DNA of 64,000 bases from a virus, in IMG/VR virus record IMGVR_UViG_3300044643_002008, positions 13,201 to 77,200 of that record; one strand, given 5' to 3'. Made by a program: the position numbers and the translations under genes. Shown here piece by piece: positions 9,504-25,035 of the stretch. Under the pieces are notes generated by a model. It did no database searches. It was not told the DNA's origin and worked only from the letters and a program-made list of their open reading frames with translations. Numbering within the stretch: the first letter of the stretch is position 1; the number at the start of each line of letters is the position of its first letter.

Positions 9504-10268
9504 TCACACTCTCTGCATGTAGTAGTGGGTACCCGGGTTTTGGCCAGATACGTCCACAGAGATTCCTGCAGGAAGAGCGGCTGAGGATGAAATTACGAGA
9601 ACAACCCCGCCGCCTGCTGGTGCTATTGCAGGAGCTTTGATGTATGCGGTTCCAGATGCTGGTCCAGCAATGTAGCGAGCAGCGACTATAACTACTCCAC
9701 CGCCAACTTGGCCAACTCCACCTGCGCCTCCACGAAGAAACGTCGGTCCACCTGACGCGGTAATTGAATATCCGGTTATCGCTTGATGTGGAATTTGGAA
9801 ATACTCAGCTCCGCCCAACGCTGCTAGAGGAGCAGTTGCTGCATAGCCAGTTGCAGAACCACCAAGCGAGTGAGACACTACGCTAGTTAGTCCGCCACCC
9901 TGAGCTATTGAGCCTGCTGTTGAATATCCAGTATTAAACCCAATTGTTGAGTCCGTACCCATGAATCTCAAAGTTCCTTTAACAAAGATTCGATACCCAT
10001 TGGGCGCAAGACGACAGCTTGTGTTTATCGTTAAATCATTAAAGTTCATGTCGCGCGTCATGGAGTAAACGCTTGCAGATGGAGCCATGCCCAAAATAGT
10101 GGTGGTTCCGTCCAGTACTGCATTGCCGTCAGCGCCAGTTCCATAAACGGCATCAGCGCCTTCGTTGTAATAGGAGACCCAAACAACCCCATCCCACTGC
10201 CAGCTCTTAGAGCCAACAGTAAAGATTTGGTTTACATATGGAGAAGAAGGAAAAGTAATCGCCGTCAT
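9504..10268 (-). CDS. Gly-rich virion protein, paralog of the adjacent adhesin
   Basis: MTAITFPSSP...WQWDGVVW N-terminal module; shared DAxYGTG...NG[YF]RIFVK. Confidence 0.7.
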   Translation of the reverse strand: MTAITFPSSPYVNQIFTVGSKSWQWDGVVWVSYYNEGADAVYGTGADGNAVLDGTTTILGMAPSASVYSMTRDMNFNDLTINTSCRLAPNGYRIFVKGTLRFMGTDSTIGFNTGYSTAGSIAQGGGLTSVVSHSLGGSATGYAATAPLAALGGAEYFQIPHQAITGYSITASGGPTFLRGGAGGVGQVGGGVVIVAARYIAGPASGTAYIKAPAIAPAGGGVVLVISSSAALPAGISVDVSGQNPGTHYYMQRV

Positions 10269-10498
10269 TAAGAACCACCAATAATTGCGTTTATTTCTTC
10301 TTCTGTTAGACCCAGTGCGCTTAGTTTTTCTGAAGCAGACTCTCTTGCTTGTAAGCGTGATTGAGCCCGTTCTTCAATAGATTCATCACGATTTTCAAGT
10401 AACGCAGAAATTTCTTCTGCTGTTAATTCCCGTGTAATTGTTTCTCCCGTAATCGCATCATGAAATGAGCCATAGTATTTTTCTTGTTCATTGCTCAT
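10268..10498 (-). CDS. small tail-fibre-associated protein
   Basis: GETITRELTAEE...KLSALGLTEEEI pattern, typical of small genes after fibre genes. Confidence 0.6.
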   Translation of the reverse strand: MSNEQEKYYGSFHDAITGETITRELTAEEISALLENRDESIEERAQSRLQARESASEKLSALGLTEEEINAIIGGS

Positions 10499-10503
10499 TT
10501 TTA

Positions 10504-16401
<5,898 letters not shown>

Positions 16402-16414
16402 TCAGGGCTAGGCA

Positions 16415-16603
16415 TTAAGCCTTCTTGCCAAATGCTGTGTCTTTAGGATTCAAGTAGCGAAGGACAACTGGAAGAGCTGCTGCCCAAAGAGCGTTTGCTG
16501 CCAGCTTAATATCACCTGTAGCTGCATAGGTAGCAACTGCAGCGCCAAGAACGCTTCTTCCGTAAGATGCCAATAGTGCTTTTTGTTCTGCTGTAATTTT
16601 CAT
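16415..16603 (-). CDS. putative holin (r1t-like)
   Basis: 62 aa, two hydrophobic helices, C-terminal LRYLNPKDTAFGK. Confidence 0.6.
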   Translation of the reverse strand: MKITAEQKALLASYGRSVLGAAVATYAATGDIKLAANALWAAALPVVLRYLNPKDTAFGKKA

Positions 16604-16610
16604 GTTATTC

Positions 16611-17900
16611 CTATCCTGTTACGACGATGTGGAAATCGCCAGCGGTGATTGTTCCGTTCATCGTCACTGTGACCGCGTCTACACTGGTGCGAACAACGTC
16701 GCAGATAATTGTTTCATAGGTCGAGACTTGGTAAACCTGAACAATTACGTTTCTTGTATTGAGGTTGTGCGTAACAGTTGTAGTAGAAACGCCATCCGAA
16801 GAAGCTGAGCAAGCCTGGTTAACGACTCTTGCAAGAACTGCAGTAGAGGTTGTTTGGCCGGATGTTGGCGTAAAACCAAGGGCTGTACGAGCGTCTGCGG
16901 CTGTTGAGGAGCCAGTACCACCGTCTGCAACAGCAACGTCTGTGCCGTTCCATGTACCGGTGGTGATTGTTCCAAGGGTTGTAATGCTTGATTGACCAGC
17001 ATACGTAGAGGCAATGTCCACGCTGTTTGCATTAGCGGTAATTCGGTCAGCTGTTCCGACAACATTGATTGTGTTTCCGTCTTTTGTAAGACCGTCACCA
17101 GCAGTAATTTGACCAGCACCAGAGAACTGAGCAAAGGTGAGTGCAGTTGTACCTAGCGTAATGGTGTCGTTGGTTGTAAGAACCCAGCCAGAATCAGCGT
17201 TTACGGTACCTTCTGCAACGAAAGTAAACATTCCAGCAGTAACTTCTGCGGAAGAGTCAGCGTCTGCTGCACGAGTCCACGGCGCGTCATCCACAACAAT
17301 ATAAATACCGTTATTCTGAGGATTACCTACTTGGTTTTTAACAAGAATGCGGTCACCTGCAACAACTTGCACACCGTCAACAGTTACTTCACCGACAGCA
17401 TAAGACCCAATAAGCATCATTTCGTTAGTCGTGGCTGCACGAACTGATGCTTTAACATCAAGACCTGCACGGGCAGCGTCTACATAGCCCTTGGTAGCGG
17501 CATGGGCATCGTCGGTAGGGGTAGCAACCTTGATGTTTCCGCTGCTATCTCTTTGTACGAGCGTTGAAACAGTTGCATTGGACGTTGCACCGTTAAGCAA
17601 TGCCCAGAATGTTGAAGAAAGAAGACCAGCAGAGTCAACATCTGCAAGATTCAGGGTAATAGTCACAGTTCCATTTGTGGAAGGGGTGATAGTAATTGCG
17701 TCAGTATGGTCACCGGTCTTGGTGATGGAACTGATTGCATTTACCCAGGCCGTACCGTTAAATAGGCGAACAACACCATTGTCGCTGTTGTAGTACATCC
17801 GACCCGCAAAACCAGCTGGGTCTGTGCCTAAAACCTCAAAGCGACCACTTAAAATTTGATTTTGATTTAGGTCAAGATTTGTTAGAAATTTAGTTGCCAT
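16611..17900 (-). CDS. tail fibre / virion structural protein
   Basis: AATKGYVD...GDRILVKNQ...NGIYIV...WTRAADAD; VAVADGGTG; VTHNLNT...VQVY. Confidence 0.75.
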   Translation of the reverse strand: MATKFLTNLDLNQNQILSGRFEVLGTDPAGFAGRMYYNSDNGVVRLFNGTAWVNAISSITKTGDHTDAITITPSTNGTVTITLNLADVDSAGLLSSTFWALLNGATSNATVSTLVQRDSSGNIKVATPTDDAHAATKGYVDAARAGLDVKASVRAATTNEMMLIGSYAVGEVTVDGVQVVAGDRILVKNQVGNPQNNGIYIVVDDAPWTRAADADSSAEVTAGMFTFVAEGTVNADSGWVLTTNDTITLGTTALTFAQFSGAGQITAGDGLTKDGNTINVVGTADRITANANSVDIASTYAGQSSITTLGTITTGTWNGTDVAVADGGTGSSTAADARTALGFTPTSGQTTSTAVLARVVNQACSASSDGVSTTTVTHNLNTRNVIVQVYQVSTYETIICDVVRTSVDAVTVTMNGTITAGDFHIVVTG

Positions 17901-17911
17901 TTTGCCTCAAT

Positions 17912-18223
17912 CTAGGTCAGGTATGCGTATCCGGAGAACGCCGCAGTAAATGTGACAGTTATTTGCGTCGTACTGTCATATTTTACCTCACCAATTACCG
18001 CCGTACCTGCAGAATCAACAACAGTTACGGATGGGAACCCGCCAAGGGTGTGTTCGATAACCCATTCACTGGAGACTATTGGTTTCGCATATACAAATCT
18101 GCGAGTGTTTCCGCCACCCCCTCCAGAGCGTACGACGACAAGATTAGGGGCCTGCTCGTTTACGATGACCTGGTTGGGTGTGTCCTGGTAGACGTTGACG
18201 TTATTGGGGACGTTATTGCTCAC
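17912..18223 (-). CDS. small virion structural protein
   Basis: WVIEHTLGGFPSVTVVD...ITVTFTAAFSGYAYL motif. Confidence 0.65.
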   Translation of the reverse strand: MSNNVPNNVNVYQDTPNQVIVNEQAPNLVVVRSGGGGGNTRRFVYAKPIVSSEWVIEHTLGGFPSVTVVDSAGTAVIGEVKYDSTTQITVTFTAAFSGYAYLT

Positions 18224-18585
18224 CGTGTTACCTCGTAAGAGAGTATAAATTCGCCCTGGACAAGCCTTGAGACGTCTAAGGAGCCATTTATTAACTCGAT
18301 GTCATAAACACCACTGTTTGTTATTGACGAGGTCTGAGCTGCGGTCATCTGCACGGTTACTGCGCCATTTTCCTCGTCGATGTCTATTCCGCCATTTTCT
18401 GTAGTTAGGGTAATCATTGCCGAGGAGGACTCGATTGTGCGCCTAACTTGCATTCTGGCCTTATATCCACTCAGGTCCCAGGGGTGGTAAATCGTAGGGT
18501 CAGTTTCGTCCGGGTACTGAAGCTCAAATCTTCGGGAGTATGTGGTTCCCTGCTCGCAGACCATGTTGTAATTTCCAGCAAGCAT
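18220..18585 (-). CDS. BppU/LtfC-like fibre connector
   Basis: QGTTY...DLSGYKARMQVR...GVYDIEL...RLVQG. Confidence 0.65.
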   Translation of the reverse strand: MLAGNYNMVCEQGTTYSRRFELQYPDETDPTIYHPWDLSGYKARMQVRRTIESSSAMITLTTENGGIDIDEENGAVTVQMTAAQTSSITNSGVYDIELINGSLDVSRLVQGEFILSYEVTR

Positions 18586-18636
18586 TTGCCCACCTCCTAA
18601 CTAATAAATTGTAGACCAATACTTGCTTTTCTAGAC

Positions 18637-18855
18637 TTATTCGTCTTCGTCTTCTGATGCAATCATGTCTATTGCGTATTCGAGCATCCCGTGAGCTAGC
18701 CAGGGAGACATGGTGTCGCTCACAAAAAGATTTAGCTGTGAACCTTTTTCGTCAGCAACTTCCGCGACTATTACGAAATTGACTATCAGTTTTTCGGGCA
18801 TTGACTTGTGAACTAATTCCCGAAATATTTCATTCATCTCTTCGTTGTTTGCCAT
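18637..18855 (-). CDS. hypothetical protein
   Basis: 72 aa; PWLAHGML motif recalls small actinophage proteins. Confidence 0.55.
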   Translation of the reverse strand: MANNEEMNEIFRELVHKSMPEKLIVNFVIVAEVADEKGSQLNLFVSDTMSPWLAHGMLEYAIDMIASEDEDE

Positions 18856-18923
18856 AGTGTTTTCCAGTCTTGCAAAAGTTGGTTATTTTACGACCAACGA
18901 TGACATGAATAAATTTGTCTAGA

Positions 18924-20969
18924 TTAATATGAGTAGCTGCCTCGAGTGTCTGTTTTTGTCCATGTTTTTTTCTTCATCTTTATTATCATTCTTACGCGTA
19001 TTCTCTGGTCAGGGTTGGTTGACCATGTTCCAATTGAGCCATCGCCTCTAACTCGTATTCTTCCGCCTCCGCCGTTGTCGTAGCCTAAAGTAAATCCTGC
19101 GGACTCTTCTCTTACCACATCTTTACCGGCCTGATTAAATGGGGCTTGAAGGGCATTGTATGTATCTGCCTGCCCTGATGAAGGAAAACTTGTTGCGGCT
19201 CCAGACCAATCAACGCGGAAATATCTTGAATCTGTACATAGGGTAAGACTGGCAATAACAACGTAGGCTGTCACCACAACGTCGGTGACCTTATATGTTT
19301 CTTCTCCTTCGACCATTGGGGAGATAGTTAGATTTCGCGTTCTATATCCAGGCACAGAAAATACAGAGGAAACTTGCGTAAAGGTGTTTCCAGTTACCGT
19401 GAATTCTCCGGTTTGTTTGTCGTCAACGTTTGTTTCTGCACCCCAGTCGTAAGACAAAGAACCTGTCTGAACAGTAACCGTTGCTGTCGTAGACCTGGTT
19501 GTTGAACTACTGTTGGCTGTGCTGTTTGTTCCGCCATATATGTCAGTTGATTTTGCATATATGTAATAGTTTGTGCTTGATGCAAGGCTTCCAAACGTTC
19601 CGGTCAAAGCAGTTGTTCCCCATCCAGTGCCTTTTAATACCTCGGTAGTCCCTACTTGCGCTCCGTCCGAAGAACGAATGCAGTAAATATTTACTTTTTC
19701 GACTTCATCCGTCAGATAGCTAGAAGGAGAAGCAAAAGAGTAAGACAAAGACCTGACGACAGTAGTGTTTACACCAGGGTCGGCAGGGGTATTTGCTGTA
19801 ACAGTCGGGGCAGCCAATACTGGTGGCGTCCTATCGCCACCTGTGGTTATCTCTTGCCTTAACGAGTATTCGCTATACAAAGACGCGGTATTAAGTGTTC
19901 TGGCTCGAACGTAGTACTTCGTACCTGGATTTCGGCCCACATCAAAAGAACCGTTTGCCGTAAATGCAGATTGTGTATCTGTTACGTCAATAGCCTGTTC
20001 GCCAACATATACATCGTTTTCATTGTATAAATACCCATAAACATGAGTTATCGTCGTAAGTCCAGCGGGAACGCTAACCGTGTAGTTGATTCTTCTGTTG
20101 TGAAGAGTTAGGTCTGTTGAGCTAACAGCGGAAACAGATGGGGTCACCGGAGTTCTGCTAACAGTAAAAGTTGAAGAAGTCGCCGTAGTAGCCGGTCCAG
20201 TGTTACCGATAGCGTCTACGACTGAATCTTGGGGTATAGACAAAGTCAATGTTCCGTTGGTTGTTGAGCCCAAAGACGTTTCTGTCAAAACTATCGTGTA
20301 AAGACTTCCGGAACCGGAAAAAGAGCTTATTTGCCATCCTGTGGATGTTCCGCCAATAGTAAATTCTGATTGAATCAGGCCTGTTATTGACTCCGAAAAC
20401 CTCAGAGAAAAAGTAACAGTACGAGAAGCGCTTGCCGACGCGGAAGCAAACTCAGATACAGCAGGCCGAGTTACGTCTATGGAAAAAGACTCAGAAGCAG
20501 TAACCGAGCCAGCCCATGCATTGATTTCAGATTCATCAGTTATTCCGGATGGGTCAACCGAAAGAGTGACCGTTCCTGACGTTTGTGTTCCAGACTTACT
20601 TATCTCCACTACATACGAAGTATCGTCAGATGTTGTTATTGATTCTATTTCCCAAGCGTTTCCAGGATTTGATGAAATCGTAATCATGTCATCGTCCCAC
20701 CCGGTTACAGGCTCACTAAACTCAAGAATGTAAGACGCGGTTGTTTTTGATGAGCCATATGTCTGGCCAGAAACGGTGTCAGTAAGCGCAAACCGCAAAA
20801 TCGTAGGAGCTATTGTGTCGTATGCATAGACGCGCTTCCATGCCCCACCTTGATACAGGTAGGCTTGGTTTACCCTTTTCCAGGCGCTGCTTTTATATAC
20901 AAAAGCCTGCTCTATTACTTTCCAGCTAGAGCCAATTCGTAAATAGGAAGGTTGCTCAGGGTAGGCCAT
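18924..20969 (-). CDS. Ig-like/FN3-like domain tail protein
   Basis: Two FSEPVTG/FSESITG Big-like repeats; YYVRART and YYIYAKS FN3-like strands; Ser/Thr-rich. Confidence 0.7.
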   Translation of the reverse strand: MAYPEQPSYLRIGSSWKVIEQAFVYKSSAWKRVNQAYLYQGGAWKRVYAYDTIAPTILRFALTDTVSGQTYGSSKTTASYILEFSEPVTGWDDDMITISSNPGNAWEIESITTSDDTSYVVEISKSGTQTSGTVTLSVDPSGITDESEINAWAGSVTASESFSIDVTRPAVSEFASASASASRTVTFSLRFSESITGLIQSEFTIGGTSTGWQISSFSGSGSLYTIVLTETSLGSTTNGTLTLSIPQDSVVDAIGNTGPATTATSSTFTVSRTPVTPSVSAVSSTDLTLHNRRINYTVSVPAGLTTITHVYGYLYNENDVYVGEQAIDVTDTQSAFTANGSFDVGRNPGTKYYVRARTLNTASLYSEYSLRQEITTGGDRTPPVLAAPTVTANTPADPGVNTTVVRSLSYSFASPSSYLTDEVEKVNIYCIRSSDGAQVGTTEVLKGTGWGTTALTGTFGSLASSTNYYIYAKSTDIYGGTNSTANSSSTTRSTTATVTVQTGSLSYDWGAETNVDDKQTGEFTVTGNTFTQVSSVFSVPGYRTRNLTISPMVEGEETYKVTDVVVTAYVVIASLTLCTDSRYFRVDWSGAATSFPSSGQADTYNALQAPFNQAGKDVVREESAGFTLGYDNGGGGRIRVRGDGSIGTWSTNPDQRIRVRMIIKMKKKTWTKTDTRGSYSY

Positions 20970-20976
20970 TTTGCGC

Positions 20977-21399
20977 CTACGCTAAATACCGAAGGTAAAT
21001 GTCGCCTTCGTTGGCTGTTCCGCTTGGCGCTGCTGTTCCATACGTTATTGCGCCACCGCCGGTTCCTGTTCCGTTGTAGTAAACGCCTGGCCCACCTGTT
21101 ACTGCGGTATCAACTCTTGTCTTGGCTATTTCGTTAATTTTTACCCAGCTGCCTGCAGTGAATACTCCACCAGAAGTGACCGAGCCGTCATAGAACCACA
21201 GAACGTCAGTTGCCGTATTGAAGAAAAAAGCTCCAACGTATTCAACAGCTCCAGTCGGAGGGTTGCCAGTTCCAACAAGAAATTTTGCAGCCGTGGCGTC
21301 TAGCCTTGCGTGGGTACTGTCAAACTGGAGTCGCGTAAGTTCGTCATCGTCTGTGCTCCATCTTGTAAGCAAAAATCTCGGTGTTTCTGTTATAGCCAT
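20977..21399 (-). CDS. minor tail protein
   Basis: TPRFLL N-terminus and GTAAPSG...GDIYL C-terminal motif. Confidence 0.6.
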   Translation of the reverse strand: MAITETPRFLLTRWSTDDDELTRLQFDSTHARLDATAAKFLVGTGNPPTGAVEYVGAFFFNTATDVLWFYDGSVTSGGVFTAGSWVKINEIAKTRVDTAVTGGPGVYYNGTGTGGGAITYGTAAPSGTANEGDIYLRYLA

Positions 21400-21400
21400 T

Positions 21401-22816
21401 TTATAAGTCCGCCAAAATTACGTGTTTAACCTCTATGCCTATTGGCTTAGATATTTCTATGGCGGCCCTGACTGATTCGCTCGTCCCTCCGACGCCCGTA
21501 GCATCAAGGGTATCGCCAAGATAAGTATACAATGTGACCGAGAATCGGTTAGCACCAGTTGGATTTTTGTCAATCCAGGCGACTTTGTTGTGTTCTAAGA
21601 AAAATTTAACTGTTTCAACTATGGCTTGTTCTGTCCCTGCACGAAACCCCACGAAGCCTGTAGTAAGCGTAAACCTCAGGTATGCAATTAACTGTGAAAA
21701 GCTAGGAGAGTACGTGTGCAGTTCTTCCCAGCTAACTATGATGTCGTCGTCCAGGGGGTCTTCAACAAGCTCTTCAATGGCAGTCCAAGTTGACGGAACA
21801 CCAGACCAGGCCGTAGAAGTAGGTCTTACCAGTTCCTTTTTTGAGCTAACGAATTGAGACAACCACATCAGATTATTAAGTGGGGCAACAGTAGGGTCGG
21901 TAAGAATGCTTTTTTGTGTGTCATCGTCGTCTGAGTATCCACCGGCAATATCTATGTATGACCATTTTTCAGCGAACTTGTCGACCAGGTCTGAGCCGTG
22001 AGTCAGAACGTCAACGAGTCTTGCAAGGGGCCTATTGAGGGTTGCGTCAAGAGAGTCATTTTCTGTAATGACATCAGGAAGCGAACGATACGTCAGTTCT
22101 ACGCCAGGAATATTGTTTCTATATCCAAATCTTGGAGTTAAAGAGGGATATGTAATATATGTGGAAGCATTTTCTGGAGATATTCCGTCAGTTTTATATA
22201 TGACTTCTATAAATACACCAATTTTTCTTGACAAAGTAACTTCAGGAAGTCTGTGCCATTCAGTCCTAACGACTTTCCATTTATTCTCTGTAAGAAAACC
22301 TTTTCCATCAATTTCATAAGGACTCTTATCAAAACTAAAGCTTGAAAATGTTCCTTGTATTTCGTGGTTGTCTACAAATGTTTTAAGGTCTATTTCTTCC
22401 GGAAGATGGTCCCAGCTGCCAAAATCTCCATTATGAGGAAAATCTGTAGTCCAGTTTGAATACCAGGATTCATTTGCTCCGGTCGTGTTGTGGTACTCGT
22501 CAGAAGCGGTGTTATATATAAAAACATTTACAGTTGCCGCATCGTTTATTTGCGCAAAAAATGTAAAACCTACTTGGTTGCCATCAAGAGTAGAATCATA
22601 GGAAATGGAGTTTGTCCCCATCCAAACCCTAGGCTCATAGCTTGAAGAGTAAGCGTATGACGGCCTAAGTCTTACAGTTCTGGGACCCCTTGTAAACAGG
22701 GTCAAATCAGAATCACCAAGGTCATGGGGTTCCGTGTCAGGGTTATCCCAGCCAATAAGATTGTCGCCATTAACTCTTAAGTTTTTTGAGCTAAGCGGAA
22801 GTAAATCAGGAACCAT
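21401..22816 (-). CDS. baseplate wedge protein (P2 gpI-like C-terminal part)
   Basis: Follows baseplate J; DPTVAP...LMWLSQF, RAGTEQAI, KPIG motifs. Confidence 0.65.
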   Translation of the reverse strand: MVPDLLPLSSKNLRVNGDNLIGWDNPDTEPHDLGDSDLTLFTRGPRTVRLRPSYAYSSSYEPRVWMGTNSISYDSTLDGNQVGFTFFAQINDAATVNVFIYNTASDEYHNTTGANESWYSNWTTDFPHNGDFGSWDHLPEEIDLKTFVDNHEIQGTFSSFSFDKSPYEIDGKGFLTENKWKVVRTEWHRLPEVTLSRKIGVFIEVIYKTDGISPENASTYITYPSLTPRFGYRNNIPGVELTYRSLPDVITENDSLDATLNRPLARLVDVLTHGSDLVDKFAEKWSYIDIAGGYSDDDDTQKSILTDPTVAPLNNLMWLSQFVSSKKELVRPTSTAWSGVPSTWTAIEELVEDPLDDDIIVSWEELHTYSPSFSQLIAYLRFTLTTGFVGFRAGTEQAIVETVKFFLEHNKVAWIDKNPTGANRFSVTLYTYLGDTLDATGVGGTSESVRAAIEISKPIGIEVKHVILADL

Positions 22817-24410
22817 AAACTGTAACCACTGATTTTACTTTAGGCATCGTTCCGGCATACGTGAACTGTATGAACTGAGGGTTTGACGGCGTTCCGGTGT
22901 CAAGAGTGGCCATACGCTGATTGTTTACATAAGAGCTTCCAGTCGTTGTACTCATATCGCCAGTTCCGTATGTTGGCAAATACATGACGCAGGAAACAAC
23001 TCTCTTAACTCCTGCAATTTCAGAAGCTTTGACTATAAATTCATTTCTGTAAACATATTCTGTCCATGATTCATAAAATTCAGGACTAAAATATGAATCT
23101 AAATAGTCTTGTACTTCGGCCGCAACGCTTGAGCCAACAGAGCCGTTCAATACTTCAATTTCAACTTCTACATAAATATCTACAGGCATTGCTGTATGAA
23201 TGAATGCATCTATGCCAACTGGTGTTCTTTCAGAGATATCTTCATATATTGAGTTTTTTTCCGCAAATGAAACTGGCATTCCGTCTACGCCCCATAAAAA
23301 AATTACGTACATTCCTCTTGCGTCTGGCGTTCTTAATGCCGGAGAAGTGGCAAGCGTTGAAAACTGAAGTCCACTAACGAGCTGAACCATTGATGGTCCA
23401 AAAGCTGCAGTAGTTTCAGTTACTGCAGGTATTCCATTAATTGTTACAACCTGCGTAGATAGGTTTATAGAGATTGTTTGTCCTCCGGCTGTTGAAACTA
23501 ATCCTGAGGGGCAAAGCTCTTTTGTTACTGACGCATCTCCCATCATCTCTTGAGTGGTTAGCCAGAGTGATTGTCCGCTTAACGTGAGTCCAAGACCGGT
23601 GTTAAAATCAAACATTTGACCATCTTCATCCGAGCAGTCAATCACAACGTTTATGTTTGTTCCGCTTACCGTTGCCTGAGTTGTAGTCGTTGACACAGGG
23701 GAAGTAGATGAGCCATAAGAAAGGTCGTAAACCTTGCATCTAGAAACTGACGGGTACGCGGTCAAAATATAGGACTCAATTTGTGTTGCTGTGCAGAGCG
23801 AGTTAGATAAAGAGTCAAGGTATGTTACACCGCGCCTTATGAATTCTTCATCTGTTTCTGGCGAGTTTACTGCCAGAGGACCCGATGATGTTGTGCACGA
23901 AATTAGCTCAGAAGACGGCTGTGTGATTGTAAGTTGCGTTCCTACTGGTATTGCTGGAAGTGGCCCTAAAACTATTGATTCAAGTGTTACAGGTACAGAG
24001 TATGAACCGGGAGCTGCTGATACAGTTTCACGCACGAAAAAAGCATACTGAACCGTGTTACCGTCTTGTTCTGTTAAGTATGCAACCGTTGTCCCTTGTT
24101 CGACAGTTCCACCTGACGAAAGAACAATGAAGTTTGCATTAAGGCCTGATACGCCAGCTTCTCTTCTTTCAAGACCTAAAAGTCTTAAAACACCCTCTAT
24201 TGTTCCGTTTGGAATTCTGTTTGCTGCTGCTATGTAAAGGGAGTTCATTAAAGCAAAAGCCTGCATTAAGGCGTCTTCGACCGAGCCTGGTCGCGGTTCA
24301 AACTCCGGAAGGGCTGTCCGTGCATAGTCTACTGCCGCTGCATATAATTCTGGAGGCTGAAGGTCGTTAACTGTCAGGTTTATGTATTCTGAAAAATCTG
24401 GTGATGCCAT
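22806..24410 (-). CDS. baseplate J-like protein
   Basis: PEFEPRPGSVE, ETDEEFIRR and IAGVKRV motifs. Confidence 0.8.
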   Translation of the reverse strand: MASPDFSEYINLTVNDLQPPELYAAAVDYARTALPEFEPRPGSVEDALMQAFALMNSLYIAAANRIPNGTIEGVLRLLGLERREAGVSGLNANFIVLSSGGTVEQGTTVAYLTEQDGNTVQYAFFVRETVSAAPGSYSVPVTLESIVLGPLPAIPVGTQLTITQPSSELISCTTSSGPLAVNSPETDEEFIRRGVTYLDSLSNSLCTATQIESYILTAYPSVSRCKVYDLSYGSSTSPVSTTTTQATVSGTNINVVIDCSDEDGQMFDFNTGLGLTLSGQSLWLTTQEMMGDASVTKELCPSGLVSTAGGQTISINLSTQVVTINGIPAVTETTAAFGPSMVQLVSGLQFSTLATSPALRTPDARGMYVIFLWGVDGMPVSFAEKNSIYEDISERTPVGIDAFIHTAMPVDIYVEVEIEVLNGSVGSSVAAEVQDYLDSYFSPEFYESWTEYVYRNEFIVKASEIAGVKRVVSCVMYLPTYGTGDMSTTTGSSYVNNQRMATLDTGTPSNPQFIQFTYAGTMPKVKSVVTVYGS

Positions 24411-24416
24411 GGCTTC

Positions 24417-24710
24417 CTAGTATGTATAAGACAATTCTATTGAAAAGTCTTCGGTTTCTGGGCTTGAAAAAATATTTACGTCACTGACGAATATTTCTGG
24501 AAAATAAAAGCTCAAAGTTTGTTTTATTCCAAAAACTGTAGGTTTTTCAAAAGTCATATTTCTCATTCCAAAGTCAACAGCAAGAGCCATTTCTCCAGGA
24601 GAAATTTGAAAAGCAAGCGAAATTAATTGATTGTAATACGCGTCAGTTTCTTCGGCATGCGAAACAATATGACCGTCTTTAAAACGTACAGGAAATGCCA
24701 GAGTATCCAT
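24417..24710 (-). CDS. gp25-like baseplate / sheath initiator
   Basis: LAFPVRF...PGEM...DFG...FPEI; lies before baseplate J. Confidence 0.7.
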   Translation of the reverse strand: MDTLAFPVRFKDGHIVSHAEETDAYYNQLISLAFQISPGEMALAVDFGMRNMTFEKPTVFGIKQTLSFYFPEIFVSDVNIFSSPETEDFSIELSYTY

Positions 24711-25030
24711 TACCCAAACACCTGACTTTCTACGATTGTACTAACAGAAGTATTAGGTAAAGTCTTTTTAGCCAAAACAACTATATGGTCATATCTTCCA
24801 TCTATGTATGAACACAAAACATTCTCTCCAACTACTGGGAATTGACAGTAAACGTCGCATGGCCCAAATTCAGAGACAGCGTTGAGCTTTGGTATTTTTA
24901 ATATTACCTGAGAGCCAACCACGCGAGTAACAGTGCCAACATACACTGATTCTGGATTGGACATCTTTGAAGAACCCTTTGTAGGGTTTGTGTACTCTGT
25001 TGTTCCCATTGAGGCGTTAAATATTGACAT
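24710..25030 (-). CDS. baseplate spike N-terminal OB-fold-like protein
   Basis: YVGTVTRV...PVVGENVLCSYIDG. Confidence 0.6.
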   Translation of the reverse strand: MSIFNASMGTTEYTNPTKGSSKMSNPESVYVGTVTRVVGSQVILKIPKLNAVSEFGPCDVYCQFPVVGENVLCSYIDGRYDHIVVLAKKTLPNTSVSTIVESQVFG

Positions 25031-25035
25031 AATAC